Virus record (IMG/VR): IMGVR_UViG_3300032677_001301
DNA from: an uncultured virus (IMG/VR IMGVR_UViG_3300032677_001301)
Lineage: Duplodnaviria; Heunggongvirae; Uroviricota; Caudoviricetes
Direction: 5' to 3' (one strand)
Length of the DNA: 20,000 nt
Position 1 is the first letter of the stretch. Each line of letters starts with the position of its first letter. The position numbers were made by a program, and so were the translations under genes. The notes beneath the pieces were generated by a model. The model made no database searches, was not told where the DNA came from, and saw only the letters and a list, made by a program, of their open reading frames with translations. Of this stretch, positions 8,360 to 17,220 are shown in pieces.

Positions 8360-9660
8360 CCGATAAAAAAGTATATAGATTGGAACAAAGTAAGACTTTT
8401 TGTATGGCACCTTGGGTACATATTCATAACTTACCAAGCGGAGAAATTTTACCTTGCTGTATAAACAATCAAACTTTAAAGATTGGTAATTTATACGAGG
8501 ATTCCGTTGAAACTATCTGGAATAATGATGTTTACAAATCTATTCGTACAGATATGTTGGCCGATACACCTATCGCTAGTTGCGAAAGATGTTACAAAGA
8601 AGAAGAATGGGGTAATAATCAATCATATAGAAAAGTATTCAATAATGAATACGGTAACAGATACGAAGATTTAGTTGAGCAATTAACAACGGAAGATGGC
8701 ACCGCAACTAAGATGGAATTTAGACGCTGGGACTTTAGATTTAGTAATTTGTGTAACTTAGCCTGCACTAGTTGCGGCCCTAACTGTAGTAGTATGTGGG
8801 TAGAAATTGTTAATAAAATGGGGTTACCGCATAAAGGTGATAAATTTCAAACAAGTAGACAAAATCTAGAACTTTTTATCGATACAATAAAAAAGCAAGC
8901 TGATATTGTTGATAATGTATATCTAGCTGGCGGCGAACCATTAATACAACCGGAACATTACGAAATTTTAAAACATATCGATGAAATTGGAAGATTGGAT
9001 AAAATTAATTTTACTTATAGTACAAATTTAACATCACTAACATACAAATCTACTAATGTTATGGACTACTGGAATAAAATGAAATATGTTAAAGTATTAG
9101 TAAGTCTTGATGAAGTAGACCCTGATAGATTGTATTATATTAGATATCCATCTAAAGCAAGCGAAATTATAGACAATATTAAAACATTAAACAAAAATTT
9201 TACAGGCGATAATCGCAGATGGTCGATTACTCCAACTTGGAGTATAATGAATATCCATAGAATAAAAGATATTGCTAGATTTTTTAAAGATAATAACTTA
9301 TTACCGGCAACATTTGCTGATAGCGCAGAGTGGGAAGTTGATTTACATAACATTCTTCTGCTATATCCAAATCATATGTCTATATCAGCGGCACCTCCAG
9401 AATGGAAACAGTATCTTCGAAAACAATTAGATGAATATGTACAGTGGTATATAGACGAAATGCTTTCTATGAAAAACTCCCATGTTAAACAACGAGCTAC
9501 TGATCTATTTTTAAGTAATATTAAAAGATTTTATGGTGCGCTCGATGATAATATACAAGTTGATCCAAAGATTCATAAAGATTGGTATTCAAGATTAGAT
9601 AGAGTTAGAAATACTAGTTTTAATGACGCATTTCCTGAACTAGCATGGAATTTAGCATAA
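8356..9660 (+). CDS. N-terminal twitch-domain radical SAM protein (paralog of the upstream gene)
   Basis: CMAPW...GEILPCC...CERC, DFRFSNLCNLACTSC, AGGEPL, YSTNLT, YIRYPS. ATGA overlap with the upstream gene. Confidence 0.92.
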   Translation: MTDKKVYRLEQSKTFCMAPWVHIHNLPSGEILPCCINNQTLKIGNLYEDSVETIWNNDVYKSIRTDMLADTPIASCERCYKEEEWGNNQSYRKVFNNEYGNRYEDLVEQLTTEDGTATKMEFRRWDFRFSNLCNLACTSCGPNCSSMWVEIVNKMGLPHKGDKFQTSRQNLELFIDTIKKQADIVDNVYLAGGEPLIQPEHYEILKHIDEIGRLDKINFTYSTNLTSLTYKSTNVMDYWNKMKYVKVLVSLDEVDPDRLYYIRYPSKASEIIDNIKTLNKNFTGDNRRWSITPTWSIMNIHRIKDIARFFKDNNLLPATFADSAEWEVDLHNILLLYPNHMSISAAPPEWKQYLRKQLDEYVQWYIDEMLSMKNSHVKQRATDLFLSNIKRFYGALDDNIQVDPKIHKDWYSRLDRVRNTSFNDAFPELAWNLA

Positions 9661-9676
9661 GTATTAATGATAAGGA
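9658..9676 (+). promoter_or_regulatory. Late-type TAAGTA box plus SD
   Basis: TAAGTA (9658-9663) uses the upstream stop codon. TAAGGA SD at 9671-9676 before the ATG at 9683. Confidence 0.45.
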
Positions 9677-9682
9677 ATTAAT

Positions 9683-10444
9683 ATGTCAATAATTGGTTTA
9701 GACCCAGCTCATTCCCCTTTTAAATATTTAGATGAATATATAGATGAACCTAATTGGGAAACACTTCATAACGAAGTATGCTTAGGTATTGCTAAAGCAG
9801 AATGGAATAAAAAATTTGTATCTAGCGGTGTACATAAGGACTGGGCAGATAAGGAAATCACTACTACTTTTCTTAAATTAAAGGAAAGGTTGACCCCTGA
9901 ACAGTTAGCCATATTTGTAACATTAAATTCTACAGACGAAAAGATAAAATATCTTAACGCATTAACACATACTCCGCATCCGTTTTGGGTAATATTTTTG
10001 CGGTGGAACAAAAGAGTAGAACAAACAGGGGTATATAACAAAGCAGTACCAGAAGATTGTTTTTGGACTCCGAATGCTAAACACTTTCCAACTTTAGTAA
10101 AATTTATTGAATCTATGCCTTTTGAGGGAATAGGTCGTGTTATTTTCTTCATGACCGAAGCTAATAATCAAACAGTACCTCACTTTGATGTAGCTAACGA
10201 AGCACAACGAGCAGAAAAGTCTAACGATGATTTTATATGGTTTACTACTAAACCAAACTCTAAAAGTATGTTTGTTATGAACGGTGAAACATTAGATAAA
10301 GTTTATGCTGATCCTGCCAAGAATTTTGTATGGTTTAACGAAATGGATTTTCATGGAACTGACCCAGTTGACCACTTTAGTTTTTCTATTAGAATTGACG
10401 GTAAGTTTAAACCAGAAGTAAAAGAAGCTCTTACAAAGGGTTGA
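9683..10444 (+). CDS. Putative Fe(II)/2-oxoglutarate oxygenase (cupin/DSBH fold)
   Basis: GRVIFF...PHFD (HxD), distal FHG His, and SIRIDG Arg in the 2OG-binding position. Confidence 0.65.
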   Translation: MSIIGLDPAHSPFKYLDEYIDEPNWETLHNEVCLGIAKAEWNKKFVSSGVHKDWADKEITTTFLKLKERLTPEQLAIFVTLNSTDEKIKYLNALTHTPHPFWVIFLRWNKRVEQTGVYNKAVPEDCFWTPNAKHFPTLVKFIESMPFEGIGRVIFFMTEANNQTVPHFDVANEAQRAEKSNDDFIWFTTKPNSKSMFVMNGETLDKVYADPAKNFVWFNEMDFHGTDPVDHFSFSIRIDGKFKPEVKEALTKG

Positions 10445-11018
10445 GGTCTTTATTCCAAGGTGTATTAATAATACACTTATCTTTGTTATTCCACTTGTCA
10501 ACGAATTGTTTGTAAGCTATCATAGCTTGTCTTTTTGAGATAAGAGGAAACTCATCCCATTCTCTTATTTCGAAGCCTTTATCTTTTAATTGTTTTAAAA
10601 AATCTACACGACTAGAATTAGACCAAGAAATATTATTGTTTATTGTTACATCTGGCGAATTGCCAAAATGTTTCTTAAGAATATCTTGATTACGCCATAT
10701 CTCAATGTAGTCTATACTACGATCTATATCATTGCCAACCTTAACACGCCATACTAAATCACCGTTAGCAGCAGAATCAAAGAAAATCTGATTATGAGCC
10801 TTCCAATCGCTAGTTAATTCTGCTGATTGTTTTCTTATGTTTAATCCTGCTTTATCCAGCGATGGGTCAAAATAGTTATTGTAAAAAGTGTCGTTATCAT
10901 TAAGATTTTTAATCCAAAGATATCTAACAGCCCATGTACCTTTGTTGTCAGGGTCAATAAGAGCAGTCATAGCAACATTATCTTGTTCAGAAGAATGTTT
11001 ATGTGGGATAACAATCAT
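10431..11018 (-). CDS. Hypothetical protein (possible ABM-like dimeric alpha/beta barrel)
   Basis: 195 aa ORF coupled by ATGA overlap to the TauD-like gene. YIEIWRNQDILKKHF resembles the ABM E-x-W-x7-H pattern. Confidence 0.5.
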   Translation of the reverse strand: MIVIPHKHSSEQDNVAMTALIDPDNKGTWAVRYLWIKNLNDNDTFYNNYFDPSLDKAGLNIRKQSAELTSDWKAHNQIFFDSAANGDLVWRVKVGNDIDRSIDYIEIWRNQDILKKHFGNSPDVTINNNISWSNSSRVDFLKQLKDKGFEIREWDEFPLISKRQAMIAYKQFVDKWNNKDKCIINTPWNKDLNPL

Positions 11019-11899
11019 TGCGGGAAATATTTGTTTTTATGATCAGCCCATTCTTGATTATCTAAATGGTCTATGTTGATTCTATAAAAATGTCTGGTAT
11101 CGGTAGTAGGATCAAATGTTAACGCAGTTCTTGCGTGAACAAATGAATGATTATCATATACAGAAATATCATTGGTGTCCCACTTGTGTTGATATGTAAG
11201 AGCAGGAATTCTACCAAGGTGTGAAAGCCATTGTCTAATTAAAAAACAATGTCCTTGAGATACACCGTCTATTTTTACATCGGTTATCCACGCACCTTTT
11301 TGTAATCCCCAGTTATAATGATTTAATCTTAATGATTTAGCACCAGTAATAGGATGAATTTTTAATAATGGAAATTCTTTTGTATCAGTACCTGGGTTAT
11401 ACCAACTCTGTTGGCATACTGTTACTTTGGGCAATACTTCTAACATTTCAGGAGTAAGATATTTAAAACTTTCTTCTAAGTTTAACCATATTGTTTGTCC
11501 CGATGTTTCTGGGCCTGGATTACTAGTGATCCACAAACTTCTAAAAGGATATGGTTTATGTTCTCTATTTGGAATGTCAGCGTGCCATGGCATAAAGTCG
11601 GCAGGAATTTTTTTAATAAGTTCATTACTAAACGGGCTTATAACTTGAGGACCGTTTTTAGTATTAACATCTTCGGCTATTTCGTGTGAATATTCATAAT
11701 CGGATCTTTGCCACGGCGATCCAAAATAAAAACTAAATTCTGAATATTGTTCTTTTGTAAAGTTAACTTTTTTAAAAAATATTAACTTTCTTTCATAAAT
11801 TAGATTGCGCCAGTAATCGGGAGTTTGCGTAAAAAATTCTTCAGGAGAATCTAATTGTATAACTGAACCCCATGTATCCTTTATGTTTGTAATTTTCAT
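11015..11899 (-). CDS. TauD/TfdA-family Fe(II)/2OG dioxygenase
   Basis: WHAD (HxD), G-x-T-x-W, PLLKIHPITGAKSL, HKWDTNDISVYDNHSFVHAR and a final R. All are hallmark TauD-family motifs. Confidence 0.9.
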   Translation of the reverse strand: MKITNIKDTWGSVIQLDSPEEFFTQTPDYWRNLIYERKLIFFKKVNFTKEQYSEFSFYFGSPWQRSDYEYSHEIAEDVNTKNGPQVISPFSNELIKKIPADFMPWHADIPNREHKPYPFRSLWITSNPGPETSGQTIWLNLEESFKYLTPEMLEVLPKVTVCQQSWYNPGTDTKEFPLLKIHPITGAKSLRLNHYNWGLQKGAWITDVKIDGVSQGHCFLIRQWLSHLGRIPALTYQHKWDTNDISVYDNHSFVHARTALTFDPTTDTRHFYRINIDHLDNQEWADHKNKYFPQ

Positions 11900-12504
11900 G
11901 ATAATCTTGCGTCTATAATAAAGTTAATTCTATCCTGGTCACTACGATTTTCTAACCAATGCGGAACATGGTTGTTGACCCAGTATAACGAATCAACATC
12001 GAGAATACAGTTTTCATTTCTGATAGCAAAAATGTTATCTTCTGCGGCTGTTACTGTAAAATGAAATCTATCATAATAACTAAAATATCTACCTTCATCT
12101 GTGTGTAAGTCTACAGTTGAATGAGCAGCTAATTTGCTTACAAAAATTCTGCCAAACTCTACTTGTTTAGCTCCTGTTTTTAATAATGTTTCTTCAAACC
12201 ATTCTATTGATTTTTTAAAAATAGGTAAGTCAGCAGTTACAGATTGAGTAACCATCATGTGTTGATTTGTTTGTAAAGTGTTTAACCCACGCGGCAAATC
12301 TTTTAAATGTCTTAAATGAATTGTTTCTGTATAGCGCAATGCGTGAGTTACTGTTTGTCTATGTGTGCTAAGTTTCCATAAAAATGCAGTACTTGAATCA
12401 TTGAAGTAATTTCTTAATTCGTTACCTAATTCTGTATTGGTATCTAATTTAAAACTATTTAAATCTTCGTCAAACAATTTATAAGGGCTGACTAAGCAAT
12501 TCAC
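11896..12504 (-). CDS. Aspartyl/asparaginyl beta-hydroxylase-like Fe(II)/2OG oxygenase
   Basis: GRIFVSKL, LHTD (HxD), RFH, WVNNHVPHWLENRSDQDRINFIID. Confidence 0.85.
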   Translation of the reverse strand: MNCLVSPYKLFDEDLNSFKLDTNTELGNELRNYFNDSSTAFLWKLSTHRQTVTHALRYTETIHLRHLKDLPRGLNTLQTNQHMMVTQSVTADLPIFKKSIEWFEETLLKTGAKQVEFGRIFVSKLAAHSTVDLHTDEGRYFSYYDRFHFTVTAAEDNIFAIRNENCILDVDSLYWVNNHVPHWLENRSDQDRINFIIDARLS

Positions 12505-13100
12505 AGATAGCCTCCGATTGGCGTATCTTTTCGGTATTCTCGTTTTAAGTATGTACAGCGAATAACAGTATCAGTTGGTAGTAAAATACGACTGAATAAA
12601 ATAGTCCAGAAATTTTGGTGTATACATTTAGTTTTTGCTGGCACTATACATTCGTCAAAATAATCATATCTTTCTCTAGCTTCTTTACTAAAAGCAAATC
12701 GTCTTAGTAACTTACCGTGTTTTTCTGACCACAATGTATAAAATCTATATCTACCTTGTTTTTCATTATATGCCATAGCAGCATCTAATAACATTCTAAC
12801 ATGATTCCTATTATTCGATGAGCGTATCATAGTACCATACCATACCGGCTCATTAGGACTAAGATAAAAAGATATTAAAGCTACAATTTTACCGTCATCG
12901 TCTTGTAATCCTAATGCTTTATAACGAACAAGTCCTGCCAAATATGTCTCTACAAATGAACTGTGATATATTTTCTCGATAGGATTTGTGTCAGTGGGTA
13001 CAAAATAACTAGCGTGTAAGTCTGTGCCCATAAAATTTTTAGTATAGAACAAATGTACAACTGCATCAATATGCGTATGGTCTAATTCTATAATTTTCAT
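12501..13100 (-). CDS. Hypothetical protein, possibly divergent GNAT-like fold
   Basis: MKIIELD...HIDAVVHLF start and ALGLQDDDGKIVALISF hairpin resemble GNAT topology. No clear acetyl-CoA motif A. Confidence 0.45.
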   Translation of the reverse strand: MKIIELDHTHIDAVVHLFYTKNFMGTDLHASYFVPTDTNPIEKIYHSSFVETYLAGLVRYKALGLQDDDGKIVALISFYLSPNEPVWYGTMIRSSNNRNHVRMLLDAAMAYNEKQGRYRFYTLWSEKHGKLLRRFAFSKEARERYDYFDECIVPAKTKCIHQNFWTILFSRILLPTDTVIRCTYLKREYRKDTPIGGYL

Positions 13101-14014
13101 ATTTCGCCTCTTAATTGTTTTAATGCTAAGTCGTATGGCACACCATCTAAGCTAAACTCTAATCTTTTAACTTGGTCGAACCCAATATCTTCATATGCTT
13201 GGCCATTGAATGCTAATAAACTTTCAAAACCATGTTTCTTTTCTTTTTTTCTAAATTGTGAATACATTTTTTCTAGTATAGCATTTTTACTTGATGCTGC
13301 TGTTAGTTTATAGTTATATTTGTCTGTTACTAATTTTTTAATACCGTCTGATTCTAAGTAATATAATAGTAATTCGGGGGTATAGCTATACCATTCGTTA
13401 ACTAATGGAAGATTATACTTTAAACTAAATCGCATAGCACTAGCATCTTCATTTTCTCGAAACGCATAATACCAGTAACTACCTGCGGGTTCAACTTGTC
13501 TTGTTACTCCGGCTTCACCGCCCATAACAGCTGGTTGTCCTAAATTTAATATATTTTTATAAACCATAATATAGGTTAGCTGAGTGCTTTGAATTTGCTC
13601 GCCAAACTCAGTAGCTTCGCCTGAAAAGAAAAATTCATGTACATTAAAATCTATAATATGAAGTTTAACATCTAATTCTCTAGCAATAGCTTCTGCTTCA
13701 GCAACTTCGCTAGCATTGTAGTTATTTTCAAATCTAATTACAGCACATTGTGGTTTAAATCCGTTGTGTATAAAATTACGCAGTACAATTTCGCTATCGG
13801 TGCCGCCTGATAAAAATAGTATAAGATCTTTACCAAAATCTTCTCGTACTAAATGAGCAGTTCTGTGTAATTCTTCTTCAAAAGAACTTGTGCGATACTG
13901 GTCTGGGTCAACCGCACCTAACGAAACTACAAATTTCTCAACAGGAGTTTCTCGGTAACCATACTCTCGTCCACCGATTGTGTATTTTAAATGATTCTGA
14001 TATGTAAAATACAT
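13097..14014 (-). CDS. PP-loop ATP pyrophosphatase (adenine nucleotide alpha-hydrolase, Asn-synthetase C-domain-like)
   Basis: LFLSGGTDSE PP-loop, E-x2-EA-x2-IARELDV, MGGE, C-terminal KKHGFE. No glutaminase domain. Confidence 0.8.
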   Translation of the reverse strand: MYFTYQNHLKYTIGGREYGYRETPVEKFVVSLGAVDPDQYRTSSFEEELHRTAHLVREDFGKDLILFLSGGTDSEIVLRNFIHNGFKPQCAVIRFENNYNASEVAEAEAIARELDVKLHIIDFNVHEFFFSGEATEFGEQIQSTQLTYIMVYKNILNLGQPAVMGGEAGVTRQVEPAGSYWYYAFRENEDASAMRFSLKYNLPLVNEWYSYTPELLLYYLESDGIKKLVTDKYNYKLTAASSKNAILEKMYSQFRKKEKKHGFESLLAFNGQAYEDIGFDQVKRLEFSLDGVPYDLALKQLRGEI

Positions 14015-14832
14015 TAGCCCTTGCGATCAGCAAATATTTTTTGTCTACTTTCTTTAGTAGCAATCAAAGGTACAAAGAATAAACTTGAATCCCATTCTTT
14101 TTTGTTACCACTTACAGTAGTTCCAAAGTCATAGGCACTTGCTTTTTCGTGATGATTGTTGTGCCAACCTTGACCCCAAGTAATCCAAGCAAGTAATGGA
14201 ACATTTCTACTTTGATCTTTGGTTTCAAAATTTCTATAACCAAATTCTGGAGTGTGGCAAAATACATTAATATTGCTTTCCATATACAAGCTCAGTGCCG
14301 CAGGAACAATAAAACCAAATAATAACAACTGCCAAGAAATAAGACCAACAATTAAGTAAGTACCTAATACAATCCAGTTATAATGTTTAGCAATCCAAAC
14401 GTGCATAGGATCTTTAAGTAAATCTATAGCAAACTTAGGATTGAAATATTGATCCCAGTCGTATAACCAACTATGCCAAGCATACCACCACCCTTTAGTA
14501 GGTGTGTGAGCGTCTTTATCTGTGTCGGAGTATCTGTGATGGCTGCCCCGGTGTATGGCTGCCCACCCTAATGGACTACCTTGTAAACTTAAACAGGATA
14601 ACCAAAGTATAATTGGCTTTAATCCCCATCGTAATTCGATAGCACGATGACTTACATAACGATGTAGTCCAACGGCTACGCCTAATCCTTCAATTAAGAT
14701 CCACCCAATTAATACTTCTAAGGCATTTAGCCATGTAAAGTTAAAAAATATTAAGTAAGCAAGTGTGCCAAACCAGGCAACAGCGTGAATTGGATATAAT
14801 ACATAATAAAGGAAGGAATTTGTTTTAGGCAT
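14014..14832 (-). CDS. Membrane fatty-acid desaturase (delta-9 type)
   Basis: His boxes HRYVSH, HRGSHH and GWHNNHH, plus SDTDKDAHTP and INVFCH...GYRNF; several hydrophobic TM segments. Confidence 0.93.
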   Translation of the reverse strand: MPKTNSFLYYVLYPIHAVAWFGTLAYLIFFNFTWLNALEVLIGWILIEGLGVAVGLHRYVSHRAIELRWGLKPIILWLSCLSLQGSPLGWAAIHRGSHHRYSDTDKDAHTPTKGWWYAWHSWLYDWDQYFNPKFAIDLLKDPMHVWIAKHYNWIVLGTYLIVGLISWQLLLFGFIVPAALSLYMESNINVFCHTPEFGYRNFETKDQSRNVPLLAWITWGQGWHNNHHEKASAYDFGTTVSGNKKEWDSSLFFVPLIATKESRQKIFADRKG

Positions 14833-14837
14833 ATCTA

Positions 14838-14851
14838 TATTTAAGTAAATA
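14838..14851. promoter_or_regulatory. Back-to-back TAAATA late-type promoter boxes
   Basis: The 26-nt gap holds TATTTA (14838-14843) 5 nt from the minus-strand ATG and TAAATA (14846-14851) 7 nt from the plus-strand ATG. No SD on either side. Confidence 0.7.
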
Positions 14852-14858
14852 TCACACC

Positions 14859-15434
14859 ATGATTAAAATAGTTGACCTTGCTACTTCTTTTGATAAAACT
14901 TTGTGGGATCAATTTCAAAAATATGTGTTGACAACAACCGATGAATTGAAATATAATTATATCGGATTGGAACCACAAGATTTTGTTTCGTTTCCTGCGG
15001 TAGTGATTGATAATGCAATTATATGCTTTAGTGCCTTACAAGTCAATAGTGATTGGTGGGGTAAAGGTATTGGCAGAGTTAGTACTAGAATGTGGATACA
15101 TCCTGATTACAGACATACGGGAAAGTTTACTAGCGGAGCCAAATTTCTCAACACTACTTATTGCTTACCGTTACAGCTAGCAAAAGCAAAACTAATTGGA
15201 TTAGACTGTGTATTTATTAGTAGAGAGTCTAATTTGCTTGGGTTTGAAGAATATTTAAAGTTAATTAAAGTTAACAGTAAAGTTGATTTTGTAATGGAGC
15301 CAAGCAAATATGCTATTAACGGGCCTTGCTTAGTAGATGATCCTGAAAGTATGAAGCAATGGGTTATGTTACATTATTTGACTGATGCGGGTCAAGATTG
15401 TTGGAATAGGAATATGAAAAAATATGTTTTATAA
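14859..15434 (+). CDS. GNAT-like acyltransferase
   Basis: VVIDNAIICFSAL hairpin, then GRVSTRMWIHPDYRHTG (motif A-like) and AKLIGLDCVFIS. Confidence 0.6.
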   Translation: MIKIVDLATSFDKTLWDQFQKYVLTTTDELKYNYIGLEPQDFVSFPAVVIDNAIICFSALQVNSDWWGKGIGRVSTRMWIHPDYRHTGKFTSGAKFLNTTYCLPLQLAKAKLIGLDCVFISRESNLLGFEEYLKLIKVNSKVDFVMEPSKYAINGPCLVDDPESMKQWVMLHYLTDAGQDCWNRNMKKYVL

Positions 15435-16350
15435 AAATAATTGGTTTGCTTGGACATACGACGATGGCCCTGAATATGGCCCTAAACTACATCCTACAGC
15501 AAAATTTGAATTAGTTCTTAGAAATACAATTGATCGTCCTGTAAAAAGTTATTACGAGGAATTGCTAGAGAACGGCCGAGTTATTAGGGATACCTTTTCG
15601 GGTCCTCTCGATTTATTATTTTCTGGCGGTGTTGATAGTGAAATTATATTGCGGGTTTACAAGGATCTTGGCATTCCAATTAATGTTTACATTTTTAAAT
15701 ACGAAAACGATTACAACTTGCCAGAGTACACACAAGCAATTAAGTCTTGCGATAAGTTAAATGTTACACCTAAAATAATAGATTTTAATTTACAAAAGTT
15801 TTTTGAAAACGAAGCATATGACATACAACAAAAAGTATTTGCTTCGGCTTCTGGGTGGATACCACATATGAAATTAACGGAATATTGTGATGGTTTGCCT
15901 ATTATAGGAAGTGGAAATCCGTATATTCGAAGAAGAAGTAGAGATATGTCGCAAAAATATCCTTGGGTATTTGAGTTAGATGAAAAATGTCATCATTGGG
16001 CGGTATATCATAAAACTATAGATCGTCCTTGTATAACTGATTGGTACGAATATTCGCCCGAAGTAATTGTATCTTATTTTAAATTACCGGTTGTACAAAA
16101 ACTGTTAAATGACGAAGTTCCAGGAAAGTTGTCTAATGAATCTACAAAGGTACAAGTACATCAAGAATATTGGCCTGATTTAGATTTAAGACAAAAGCTA
16201 ATAGGATTCGAAGGTCCACAGCCCGATAAATCTAAGCCCGATGTACAGCCATTTATGTTAGACTTTGGCAAAAAATATATTCGTGGAATTGTTACAGATA
16301 AAACTTATATTTTTTCAGAAGAAGAGTTGCTTAATCGGATCGGTTCTTAG
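15424..16350 (+). CDS. PP-loop ATP pyrophosphatase, paralog of 13097..14014
   Basis: LLFSGGVDSE; shares YENDYN/FENNYN, IIDFN, WYEYSPE/WYSYTPE and KLIGFE/KKHGFE with its paralog. Confidence 0.8.
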   Translation: MFYKNNWFAWTYDDGPEYGPKLHPTAKFELVLRNTIDRPVKSYYEELLENGRVIRDTFSGPLDLLFSGGVDSEIILRVYKDLGIPINVYIFKYENDYNLPEYTQAIKSCDKLNVTPKIIDFNLQKFFENEAYDIQQKVFASASGWIPHMKLTEYCDGLPIIGSGNPYIRRRSRDMSQKYPWVFELDEKCHHWAVYHKTIDRPCITDWYEYSPEVIVSYFKLPVVQKLLNDEVPGKLSNESTKVQVHQEYWPDLDLRQKLIGFEGPQPDKSKPDVQPFMLDFGKKYIRGIVTDKTYIFSEEELLNRIGS

Positions 16351-17173
16351 TGACCCATTGCCCAAAGTGAATACAGTGGTCCTCTAATCGATTCACTGTT
16401 TTCATTAACGGGAAATATTTTCCTTTTTGTAATTCGATAGTTTCGACATCTTCAAGGAATACATCTTCTAAAGTTTCAAATTCTACTCGCTTAGAAGGCA
16501 ATGTTTCTGGGTCATAATAGAATTGTGTCATCCAGCTAAATCCAAACTCATTATTTGCGTCATCTGGTATAGTATAGTTAACAGATAAACAACCAGGACT
16601 ATATTCAACAAATACATACGGGTATATAAACAACCACCAGCCAGTTGAACAAGTTTGTAATATCCAGCCGTCGCCTTGCTCCATGCCTACTTCATCTAAA
16701 TTAGTAACTTCGGCAAGAGCTGGGTGTACTACATCTTCGCCTTTACGAATATGTAACAAATCTGCTTGAATTTCCATCATCCATAGCCAGCTGCCAGAAC
16801 TTTTTCCGTTGTTGGCGTGACTAAATTCTAAATTTGTTTCTTTAGCAAGGTCGTTAACCCAGTAATGATCTGGCTCAACAAAATCTTTAAACACTAATCC
16901 AGACTTTCCGATCTGAGCCTTACCGCATCCGATGTTACGGTCGTTGTTAAGCGGCTTGCCATCTTTATCCCATTCAAACCCGTGAAACTTACATACAATA
17001 TTCTCTACAAATTCACCCGGGTTCGCTAACGGATACATTCTATGTGGACATAACCGATGGAACAAGTTTACATCTGTTTGATTATTATTTAAAATATATT
17101 CTGGAGTAACAAAATTTTGGGCAGATAGTACTGATTTATGGGCTAGTATTTTTGGAGGTTTATTGAATATCAT
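16331..17173 (-). CDS. Rieske [2Fe-2S] non-heme iron oxygenase, compact alpha-subunit type
   Basis: CPH-x16-CKFH Rieske ligands with GFEWDKDG. DLLH-x8-H and C-terminal EDVETIELQKG match mononuclear iron ligands. Confidence 0.85.
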   Translation of the reverse strand: MIFNKPPKILAHKSVLSAQNFVTPEYILNNNQTDVNLFHRLCPHRMYPLANPGEFVENIVCKFHGFEWDKDGKPLNNDRNIGCGKAQIGKSGLVFKDFVEPDHYWVNDLAKETNLEFSHANNGKSSGSWLWMMEIQADLLHIRKGEDVVHPALAEVTNLDEVGMEQGDGWILQTCSTGWWLFIYPYVFVEYSPGCLSVNYTIPDDANNEFGFSWMTQFYYDPETLPSKRVEFETLEDVFLEDVETIELQKGKYFPLMKTVNRLEDHCIHFGQWVTKNRSD

Positions 17174-17220
17174 AATGTATTTATTTTAGCACCTATTGTA
17201 GCTAATGTAAATAGAGTATG
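17171..17220. promoter_or_regulatory. Quasi-palindromic bidirectional promoter
   Basis: The plus strand reads GCTAAtgTAAATAgAgTATG and the minus strand GCTAAaaTAAATAcAtTATG (16/20 identical). TAAATA is 4 nt from the ATG on both strands. Confidence 0.7.

Noticed and set aside
9766..10152. 128-aa antisense ORF
   Set aside because: Lies wholly opposite a motif-bearing gene; no SD or recognisable motif. Shadow ORF.
1469..11689. Other short nested or antisense ORFs of 60-96 aa in the ORF track
   Set aside because: All overlap longer, motif-supported genes and lack independent signals.
11015..11899. Assigning the symbol tauD (taurine utilisation)
   Set aside because: Only family-level motifs are visible; there are no tauABC transporter genes and the substrate cannot be inferred.
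13097..16350. Lasso peptide or other RiPP cluster
   Set aside because: No precursor peptide, transglutaminase-like protease or RRE domain was recognised, and the intergenic gaps are too small to hide one. It cannot be excluded outside the window.
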